Positions 36,443-46,800 of a stretch of DNA of 60,206 nucleotides are shown here, piece after piece. Source of the DNA: Craspedostauros australis (Eukaryota); contig JALAGF010004357.1 in assembly GCA_030167865.1 (NCBI GenBank), forward strand, positions 1 to 60,206. The letters run 5' to 3'. Made by a program: the position numbers and the translations under genes. The notes beneath the pieces were generated by a model. That model searched no databases and had not been told where the DNA came from. It was given only the letters and a program-made list of their open reading frames with translations. Position 1 is the stretch's first letter. Every line of letters begins with the position of its first letter.

Positions 36443-38408
36443 TTAGCGTTCGGTGCTTGCTTCGTCATCATCATCGTCACCAAAAAAGAGGATTTGATAT
36501 CTTGGATCCAGCAGCAGCTCAAAGTCCATCATGTACCCGTCAGTGCCCTCGAGGAAATCGATGGAAGTATCTTCAGTGGTCTCCACCTCAGGGTTGCCGG
36601 AATCGCCACCGTAGTCGCCTGGAGTGACCAGGATTTGTCCAGTGACTCCGAACAGCACACTCTGCCCACCCGTGATGCTCAGAGCGTTCTTGCCATTCTC
36701 GACTGGTCCTTCTGCGGTGAAGGACAAGGCGACGAAACCATCTTCGTCCAGGAGTTCAACGACAACCTCGCAGTAGGCCTTGCCGAAGCAATCAGTTCTC
36801 TTGCAGGCTCCCTGCACCAGTCCCATCAAGGGACCGAACATGAGCATCTGAATATTCTCCAGGGGCGCGTCCAGGAAGACGAAGGTCGTGCCCGGTTCGC
36901 TGTTCTCTCCACTGAGCCGTCTTTTGCCCATGTCGACCGTCTCTTCGATCGTCAGCGCACCTGACGAGGACGATGCGCCAGAAGTAGCAGAAGCTCCACT
37001 CTCGGATGGGACGGCGCTTGGAGCTGCGCTGGGTACAACGCTTGGGGCCATGGTTGTGGCTGCAGATGGCACGTTGGTTGCGTCGGCGCCGGTGGCCTCA
37101 GTCGGCACAGCAGATGGCGCAGCAGATGGCGCAGTCGATGGAGTTTCACTAAGTGCGGTGGGTGATGGTGTGACTCCCACAACTGGTATTATAGTTGGTG
37201 AGGGAGTTTGGGTTGGCACCATGGACGGGAATGGTGGAAACGTCTCGGTCGGAGTGAGCGTGATGTTTGGTGGAGCTGTGCGTGGTCCGGATCCGTCGAC
37301 ACACTGTTCCAAGTTTCCGGGTGCGTTGAGAACGGTGGTCGCAGACATGGTCTTGTGGAAGAATCCCGAAAACACAAGACGAGACAGCAGAGTACTGTAA
37401 ATGTACATGTCAGAGGGGGTACGAGAGTGAGTAGGAAAGAAGGCGAATTTGGAGGAGGCATGTTGGTGGAGATGAGTGGGCATAGTTAGTGATTTGAACG
37501 CAGTGTGAAGCATGTAGCAAAAAGGCACCTATTGTGTGCAAGACAGAATAGAAGAACTGTCGGCCACAAGGCAACGTGAACATGACTTACTCATCGTCGT
37601 CCTCATCATCCTCGTCGCCGTCCTCATCTCCGTCTTCGCCATCATCTTCGTCGCTTTCTTCATCACTTCCAGTCTCTGTTGGAGTCAGGGTGTCGGCGTT
37701 GCTTGGGGATGGAGTTGGAACAGCGCTCTCGGCTCCATCCATCTGGCCAGGTTGATCGTTACCGGAGGATCCGTCGGCTCGGTTGTCTGAATCGTCGTCG
37801 ACAGTATCATCCGTGATAATCTCCACAACGGTGTCGTCGCCCGGCACGGTGTCGTCGTCATCCCAGTAGTCCGACTGCTCCCCGTTGAGGCTGTATGTTC
37901 CGACTTCGACGTAGGTCTTGTCGTTGTTATCTCTGTTGTCGCTGTTGTTGGAATTGTAACTGCGACCATAATTGTCGTAGTTGCCGTCGTTGCCGTCGTT
38001 GTTGACGTTGGCATTGTTGTGGTTGCGGTTCGAGTTTCCACCATGATTACGGTTCCCGTTGTGTCCACCACCCTGCTGCTGTTGGTGATGCTGGTTCTGC
38101 TGTGGATTGTGGCGGCCATTGTTGTTGTTGTTGTACTTGTAATCTGGTTCGGGGTATCTATCTCTTTCATCCACATACTTGACATGATGATGGTGATGCG
38201 TGGCAAGTCGTCGTTGCGCATTGATGTCGTTGGTGCTTGGCAAGATGCCCGTCTTCTTCAAGAAGTCGATCGTTGCATCCTCATAGATACGATCGACTGG
38301 ATTTGTTCGGATGAGCTGATCAAGATCAGCATGCTCGTCTGGTGTGCATGATGCAAGCTGTGCTGTTGCCACGATCAGCGTCGCGGCCAGGAACAGTTCT
38401 GCCTTCAT
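36443..38408 (-). CDS. Secreted His/Asn-rich and acidic protein with dirigent/AOC-like barrel (paralog 2); 2 exons (38408-37591, 37394-36443)
   Basis: Signal MKAELFLAATLIVATAQLASC; RRL-ATHHHHH; N/Q-rich then D/E-rich region. Intron 37590-37395 (GTAAGT...TTTACAG, phase 2) joins in frame to TLLSRLVFSGFF. Domain PGTTFVF...QGACKRT...GKAYC...AEGPV...ITGGQSVLFGVTGQI. Confidence 0.75.
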
Positions 38409-39549
38409 TGTCGTATGCTGTTCACTGTCTTGGAGGAATGTACCAGGATGCGTTGCCTTTATGGAATGGCTGACGGTGTGGACAGGATGAGGCCAAACAA
38501 TGTCTCGGTGTGTCGTATTCTGGATGCAATGGAGTGTGCGTGCGTGTGTGTGTATGTTGTAAGTGCGAGAGCGATCGAGACTGTGAACACCGATCGTATT
38601 GTGTGCTGGCTGATGATGGCGAGATAATGGAAGAGCAGGAGCGCCTGCTGTCAATGCCAGTCCATACTCTGCGCGCGGCAGGAGTATTGGCTGCAAGATG
38701 GATGTCAGAGATTTTGTCGCTGCTCGATGCGATGGTGGATGACTGCTTCGTGTGACAGGGACAGGGACACGGATGCAGGAGCACGAGTCGGAGCGTCAGC
38801 TGCCAAAATGTGAGGCCGTTGATGACCAAAAATTTGATCGCGCACCCCGATTACCGCAGGCTGTCCACGCCAAAGTTGCGATCGTTGGGCTCATGGCGCA
38901 GCTCGGAACATGTGCTTCGGATGCGTGGAAGGCGTGACGCAAGCCTGCCGACGACAATGCGCACCCGAATAGTGACGACCAATAACAACAAACAATAACC
39001 GTATGTATCGCACACAGAACTGCACACAGAGATATGCGGACTCTCAGACCACGGAGATGCAATCGGTGTTGGCGACAAAGCGCACATCGGAAAAAGAGAT
39101 GCCAACGCCCGATTTTGTGACCAGAACATGTTCGGAAGTTGGTCGTGGACGTTGGTTGACGGATTTCGACAACTGTGAGTCGAATGAGTCAGATCGACCG
39201 CCGCGATGACTTCTTTCGCGCCAAATCTGCCGTCCTTCGAACCGGTGCAGGCGAACGCTCCATGGTGGCCTGGTTGGTTGTGCGCGGCAGCTCGTATGAC
39301 CAATGATTGGTAGTATGTGCGTCCTGCAACACTGCCCATCAGACAAGTATATCATGCTAGATTCTGGAGAGAGGACTAAGGTTGTGTGGTTCGATGAGCG
39401 CAGGAGCTGTATTCGATGTGGGGCGGTCATACGATAATCACCAAAAGCAAGAGACGTATAAAGCGTGTTTCTTTATTGTTGTAATACGACAGGTTGTAGT
39501 AGTATGATATTACACGACGCAACCGTGCTGCCTCTCTGTTCCTCTATGA

Positions 39550-40830
39550 TTAGCTCATCATCTCTCCCTCGAGATCGAATCGTGGCATAACGGCAACCTC
39601 AATGCGAAGTTCGAATCCATCATCGTTGGGAAGGTCGAGAAAGTCGCGATCGGCGTCGCTGAGACCGCCATCGTCCACCGCGGATGGAATCACGATCACA
39701 TCACCCGTGACGCCAAACAGTCCGCCAGATCCAGAGGTCACCACCAGCTTGGAGCTGTCGTCGTTGCTGACTGGTCCTTCCGCGGACAACGTGGCGATGA
39801 TCTCCGGAGGATCCGACATGGCTTCGTAGAATTCCAACGTCCACTGGCAATACCCACGCCCTTCGTAGTTGTCCGCGTCGCTGGGTGGGTTGGCATCCGT
39901 GCGGATGCATTGTCCTTGGAGACGGCCTTCCTGTCCCAGAACTTCGCCGTCAAAGACGTTGAACAAGCGTTCGTTGGCGAACACATATGTGGTGCCAGGA
40001 AGGAAGGCGTCGCCCGCCTCCGGGTCTGGTGAAACAGGAGAATGCAACATGCTGGTGTCCACGTATCCGTTGAACATCATGAAGATTGGGACCTCTGGCG
40101 TCGTCGGGTCTGAGCTATCGCCGCTGCCGCTTCCACTGCTTCCAGATTTTGATGTCTTGGAGGACTTGCTTGTCTTCGGGGACTTGGTGCTTCTTGAATA
40201 CACCATGTCTTCATCCTCGCTGTTTGTGTGAATGTTTATGTCGTACGAGTATTGACGGCAACAGTTTCATGGAGTGCGCAGTGCATGGTGTGACGAAGGA
40301 GCCAAAAAGGGTGAGCACGTGAATAAGAACAAGAACATGCGCCGTGTGCTGGACGATGTCTTGGCATGACGTTATGCTCTTCAAATGATGTTAATGAAAC
40401 GGAAACGACTCTATGCAGCAACGAAACAGCAGGTACTTGTGTGTGAGTGTGTACACTTCGACGATTCTCACCTGTTGTCTCTGGTTGTGTCTTCATCGGA
40501 GTCTTCATCGCTGTCATCGGATCCAGCGGATGGTGTTTGTTGGTCGGATTCAGCAGCTTCTGTGGTGGAATCCTTGGTACCCTCCTTCAGCGTGGAGCTC
40601 TCACTGTCTTCTTTGTTTGACTTGGATAGCTTCCGTGTTCGCTGCCTCTGCTTCTTCTCTCCTTTCACGATCATGGTGTTGTTGTCGATGAGCTTTCGCA
40701 GCTTTCTCGTGGTCGTCTCGGGGGATTCCACATCTGCGGCTCTCTCGTCTGGGTTCATCAGAATCGCTGCGTTGGCAACGCATGCCAAGTGGCATACCAA
40801 CGATGTAGTCAATAGCAAGGATGGCTTCAT
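39550..40830 (-). CDS. Secreted RXL/KXXK protein with dirigent/AOC-like barrel (paralog 3); 2 exons (40830-40472, 40219-39550)
   Basis: Signal MKPSLLLTTSLVCHLACVANA; RKLRKL and RTRKL. Phase-2 intron 40471-40220 (GTGAGA...AAACAG) gives DNS-EDEDMVY. TKSPKTSKSSKTSKS, then PGTTYVF...QGQCIRT...GRGYC...AEGPV...VTSGSGGLFGVTGDV. Confidence 0.78.
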
Positions 40831-41672
40831 GGTCGTTTGTCTGCTTTGTGCTTTTGTCGATCGTTTTGGTATTCGGGTGTTTGGATGGGATTGCTTCCGC
40901 TGCTACGAGATGCGCTTTTGTCTTGTTATGACGGCAGCGATGATGATGTTGCTGATGTCGACAGCTGATCCCGTTCCACTCGGCCCTCTGTTCGCAATGC
41001 TCGTAGCGCACGGCGTTGTGACAGCACTCGGCGATCGGTAACGATGGTCGACAAGGAAGGCCACGAGGACCACATCTGCCAAAAAATTGGGATGAACGGC
41101 ACCATTCGGAAAATTTTGTGAGTGGGCCGCAAGGAGCAGCTCTCCGTGCGCCATGTTGGCGGCCCGCTCGCGAAAGTGGTCGTGGTCCCATCCACGACTA
41201 GATAGCAAGTTGTAGTCGACTGAGTCATCATCATGAGTCCGAGCGTGATGGATCTGGACCACGACAATGATGATCGAGCATCCGACGAGCGGCCTCAGCC
41301 TGCTCTGGGACCATCGCCAGTCCTGTCGAATGGATGGAGTACCCGCAGAGTACCCGTAGAGTGATGGTGTGCTCCTTCCTTGGGCATCCATGGATTGTGC
41401 CGTTCGTCCAGCTGTCTACCGACGGACAAGTTCTTCCACATACCCTGACGACTTCATTCAACGACTTCTTTGCTGTGAGAAACGAGGTCGAAGACGCTGC
41501 TTATCAGAGATGTATCATCCGGCACACATTGGCCCTGTGGAGATTGTGCCGATTGCTCTCTAGAGATTGACTCTCTATTGCTAGTTTACATTGCGTCGTC
41601 TTCTATGGCAGGGTATGATAATGTTACATGGGTACAGGTAGAATGATCGAGTCAAATTTGAGCTTCGTGCAC

Positions 41673-42974
41673 TCATCGGCGTGCTTCCATGGCCGTCCCG
41701 AAGAAGCTATCCAGAATGAGGAAAATTCCATGCACGTATCCCATGGGTTCCGTGAGGATGTCGCCCTCTGCCTCCACGACTCTCGGCGGATCAAAGTCCA
41801 AGTCGAGATCCGCAGGGTTGATGAATACCTGCCCAGTTACGCCTTCGAACAGATCGGTTCCACCCTTCACCGACAATGTGGCGCTCTCTGCCTCCGAAGA
41901 GTCTCCGCTGTCCTCGCCGTTGAGCGCGGAGATGATATCGCCACCACCTGGTCGCAACTTCAGGAAACCGGATGCCACGAACGATCCGATCTCTGCTTCC
42001 GTCTCTGGATCGGCCACTGTGTAAGTGAATCGGCACAGGCCCGAACTCTCGCCATCCTCGAGACGTTGACAGTATCCATCAACACGCGTCCAGACCAAGA
42101 GCGCAGCCTCGAGATCAACGAAGGCGGTGCTCTCGAAATTGCTGACGTTGGTTGCATTTCTTGTGAAGTTAGTGTAGAGGAAGAGAGTGCCCGCATCAAG
42201 GTCGCTGCCATCAGGAGTGGGTGGCACGACAGATGGGTCGTTTGGCTGGAATGCGATGATAGTCACATTGGATCCCAGCGGTGGCAGCTCCTCCGTTGAA
42301 TTCCCTTCCATGGTTGGCGCTGCCGTTGGAACATCGACATCGCCGGACTCATCCGATGAGGTTGGCGCTTTGGTAGATTTGGATGCCTTGCTGCCCTTGC
42401 CTTTTCCTCCGCTTGGTCCAGATGGACCGGAGTACTTGGATCGCTTGTGCACTACTTCTCCACTATCACCATCCTCATCGTTGTCATAACTCCTGTTTGT
42501 GTGCAAATGTTGGCGGTTGTTCCATTCGAAGCCAGCAATGAATATGAGCGCCGTACAAAAGATGCGGTTCAGTGTCATGTGAGTTGGCATTTACACTAGA
42601 CAGCAGAGAAACACTTTGCGTTCGCCAAAGTCGACAAGAGGTCATGCGCTCCATCAATGTATTTGCTCATCCAACCATCCATCTATCCAACTATTCATCC
42701 ATCCATCCGGCCGTCCACTCGCTGGAGACGTTCCGCGTTTCACTTGTAGTTGTACTCACCCTGATCTCGCGTTGCTATCACCTGAAGTTTCGTCATCGTT
42801 CGAAGAGTAATCACTCCACAGAAACCTCTGCATTCGCGTTGGCTTGATTGCGTTAGCACGAGCCCTTCTCAATCTCTGCGAAGTGACTGTCTGCGCCACC
42901 ATGAGAGCAAGCATCATGCACACGACCAGAGTCATTTTTGACAGCGGTCTCGTCGATGTTGCGTGAGAAGTCAT
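41673..42974 (-). CDS. Secreted RXL/KXXK protein with dirigent/AOC-like barrel (paralog 4); 2 exons (42974-42760, 42492-41673)
   Basis: Signal MTLVVCMMLALMVAQTVTS (ATG 42974 or 42935); QRLRR and QRFL. Phase-2 intron 42759-42493 (GTGAGT...AAACAG) gives RSG-SYDND. GKGKGSKASKSTKAP, then AGTLFLY...DGYCQR...SGLCRFTYTV...VKGGTDLFEGVTGQV. Confidence 0.75.
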
Positions 42975-43444
42975 GCTTGTCGTCCTCTTTTGTTTGTTCA
43001 GTGTTGTGGGTGTTCGAGTGCGATGCTGCTTCTGCTGTGTCTGTTGATATCGCTGCTGCTGCTGTTGTGAATATGTCCGACGATGGTGTTGTGGGTTGAT
43101 GTCCGGTGTTGATGTTTGTCTCGCGTCCGTCTCAAAGTATGCTCGAGTGTTGCGGTTCTGGTCTTTCGTTTCAGTATTCGGGATCACAGTATGCACTTGT
43201 GTGATTGTGCGGTCCATCGTTTCTGTGCTCTGAGTCGCACTCTCATGATGCGGCTTACTGTTGGCAACAAATCATCGAGTAGGAACGCCGCCACGATACA
43301 CTACCCTACCCAACTCTACACTACCCTCCTCCGCTCCACTTCCGATGTGTGATGATCACCGTCGGGTGTTGGCCGTGTGACTCCCTGCCTGCGCAATCAA
43401 AGTCGCAAACCTGAGAGGTGCACGGCCAAAAAATTGCATGGCGC

Positions 43445-43578
43445 ACCCGTTGGAACAAATTCAATCTCGACAGGCGTGCGGTGTTCCCTACGACGCCTCA
43501 GTGACATCACAGCGACAAAATTCAAATTCGATGCAAAACCAAGCAAACCACGCGGTCCTCATCACACAAATTCAAATT
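43445..43578. promoter_or_regulatory. Candidate G2/M promoter elements (MSA-like and CHR-like) in the divergent region between the array and separase
   Basis: ACCCGTTGGA 43445-43454 (reverse TCCAACGGGT, AACGG core); CAAATTCAA 43456-43464; AAATTCAAATT at 43518-43528 and 43568-43578 (reverse contains TTTGAA). Confidence 0.35.
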
Positions 43579-43870
43579 TGGTTCTTCGGTACGCATGGAA
43601 TCTCAGCAAAGGATGGAACAGGTGCTTTCCTTTCATCGTATCCACAGAGCCACAACCGTGGAGCATAGAGCGCAGAGCACAGAGTACTCCACTCGAACTC
43701 ACAGTGATGGATCTGCTGCTTGGCATCTGCATCCATACCACATCATCGCCCCCCGCCGTCATCATCACCACCGCCGCTACCGTCACGACTACCCATTGAT
43801 CTCGATCCATTGTCGCATGCTTCAGTCAAGCAACCGTCTCAAGCACACGCCAACAACATCAATTGGCAAC

Positions 43871-46800
43871 ATGTCGACATCGACATTGAGAGCACCTCCG
43901 AGACGACGGAGGAAACGAGTTGTTGCGGAAGAGAACGCTCACCGAGATGACAATGATGAGAACAAGCACCCGCAATTCATGAACATGCACTCGCGGACAT
44001 CCAGCATCGCCGATGATGAGCACGATGGCTTCCTCAGCAAAGAGATGGAAGAAGAAGGAATTCCTGGAAAGGCATCGAGATATATACCACCACCACCGCC
44101 ACCATCACACGTGAAGAGCCGGTTCCTGCGATCAATGTCGATCAGCCCGTTGTGCGAGAAGCTGATCAAGAAGTACCCATCGCTTACCGATAACATCCTC
44201 CGCATATCATGCTCCCAGCAAGCTGCATCGTCGCGAACTATGAGCCATAGCATTCCTTCAGTCCTTCGTGAGAATGTCTCCAAGATCATCTCCATCAGCA
44301 GAAACATCATCAAGGACGCATCCCAATCGAAATCGAGAACAGCCACGATAATCGACGCCTACTACATTGTGACACACTTGCTGCGTGCAGTGGTTGGTGC
44401 CACTCCGAAAGGATCCTCCAAGTCGGAAGCCGTCATCAAGCTGCTCTACCATTGCATAACGAAAGTGTCGGAATTGGGTTGCTCCAAGGAAACCGAGCGA
44501 AGCGCGGATGACGCAAATAGCACCAATGAGATGATGCTCGTCATTTGCTTCGTGTCGTGGGACACCTTGTGCACAGCACTTGAGTCGTACCGAGTGCCCA
44601 TGGGAGGTGATGGGATGGTTTCATTCCGACGAGACGCATTCGATGCAGCCATCCCCTACATAACGGCAAGCAACAAGGACGCTGACGCGAATGCTATCCA
44701 GGCCACCATGAACTTTCGACAATCAATCACACTTGTCATAAAGTCAACGATCGCCATGACGCTTTGCTTGAAACGAGCAATCATTGTCAACACTGAATGG
44801 CCAGCTCAAGAGATCTCCGACTTCGGCTTGTCAACATCGAAGCTTGGCTCCTGTACAGATTTCATGATTCAGATTTTCCACAGAACCATCGAACCTACGA
44901 TATCGTTCGTTATCCAGCACCGAAATTTGGACAGCAGTGAGGCGATCTGCGATGTCAAGTCACACAGCAAGTTATCCTTCTGCACACTGTGGGATCTGTC
45001 GTCGAAGCTGAAAAATCGCGCGGATGTATCTCCAGAAACGCTCCTGCGGATAAGGCGGTGCTCACTCCTGATGAATCTTCCTGAATGTAAAGATGACAAT
45101 ACTTCGAGCGAGGTCTTCGGCACAAAGTTCATCGCTTCCATCTGCACGTATGCACGCAAAGCAGCAGCATCTTACCTCCAACATCAAGAGCATGCTGCAC
45201 GTCCTTCACAGATTTCACGGAAGGGGTCACCACTGTGGAGCTTCTACGAGAGTCTGACTGAGCGATTCGTCTGTTTGGAACGATTCGAAGCTGCCATCCC
45301 AATCGAGTACATGGAATTCGCAGTGACCAGATCTGTCCACACGAGGTCGTGGCTGGACGTCGGAGAACACGATGAGGACATGACCGACACGTCAAGAGCA
45401 GCTCTTACCTTTTGCAAGTATGCCTTGGCCATACGATTCGCGCTGGAATCCGATGAGCCTGTGTCAGATACATCAATGCTGCAGTTTTGTAACGATGTGA
45501 TGCAGATGTTCCAAGGTGTAATAACACAGCGAGAGTTGCGGGCTGAGGAACTGGAGCAATACATGAGGCTATTCAATTCGATCCAACTCTCACGCGCAGT
45601 CGGAATCTTCACGAAGCAATCTGCACCAGCAGACGATCTGAAGGTCCCCATGGAACTACAGATTGCCTCTGCGTTGTTGACCAACTGCCTTTGCCCTTTC
45701 ATCGTGGAACAAATCGTTCCCATGTATTCCGATGACAACGACGTTCAGGATGCCACCACAACTACCACCGCCACCGCTACCGACAACAGCAACAGCCGCG
45801 AAAGCGAAGAACATGGCAGGTTGAAGCAAAAGGAGGAGCACCATGCAATCTTGGTGGATTGCTACGCCAAATCGATTTTCGCCCTGGACTGTCTGGCAGC
45901 CAAACTCAATGACTCTCGTTATGAAGCGATGGCGGATCAAACGGCGCTCAATCTGGTCGAGTCTCTCAGCGACGACATGTCGCGTCCACTTTTGGAAAGA
46001 GCTGCGAAGACAATCGCGATCATCGCGCGCCAACGGACGGAACGATCAAGCTTCAGTGGAGCAGCCTCGGCGCATCTCATCGCCTTACGTCAATTTCATG
46101 ACATTCAGGTTGCTTCGGATGGATTTGTCACCTCGGACTTGCAGCTCGTCAACAGATGGGCGCATCTGAGCTCCGTCTACCAGTCGGCACAGAGGCTGGA
46201 CGAAGCGATGCTGTCTCTCTCGGTGACACTGCGACTGTCCATCGAAGAAGCTGCTGATGGCGCACAACTTGATCAAGCGCGAGATGCGATTCCACTCAAT
46301 GTTTTTAAGGTGTTGCTATCAAAGACGGTGCCATTCGTTCCATCCGAGGATATTGCCGACGGCCGGACAGTTTCCACACAGCTCTCGCTGAGCAAGCGAT
46401 TTGTGAAGCTCGGGGTCAAGCGCATCCTTGGAGGATGCCTCGAAATATCATCCAACATCACATCGAACAACAACAATGCCATAGATCACGACAAGGTCAT
46501 CGAGATGCTCTACGAGAGTCAGGACTCTGACTTTGAGATGGTGTGGACGGAGAATGCCCACGGGTCATTGTCCATCGAATCACTCTTCGGTGCCATCGTG
46601 ATGACAGACACATGCACTTTGTCCACAGCATACGACCAGGTAGTCATGCTGACGGAGATGCTGTCGACGCTTTCGATGATGCTGCAGTATCAAATTGAGC
46701 ATGACGACAGCAAGATCCTCGAGACGCTCTTGTCGTCCTTCTTGGAGCTGGTCGTGATGGCAGCCGAGCGCATTCACTTTCTGATTGGGGAATTCTGTGA

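Noticed and set aside
37587-38696. ORFs 37587-38696, 40468-40830 and 42756-43217 as independent small secreted proteins
   Set aside because: Each stop codon overlaps a canonical GT donor that splices in frame to the downstream barrel exon.
39605-39620. GTTCGAATCC resembling a tRNA T-loop
   Set aside because: Lies within the paralog 3 coding exon, with no cloverleaf stems around it.
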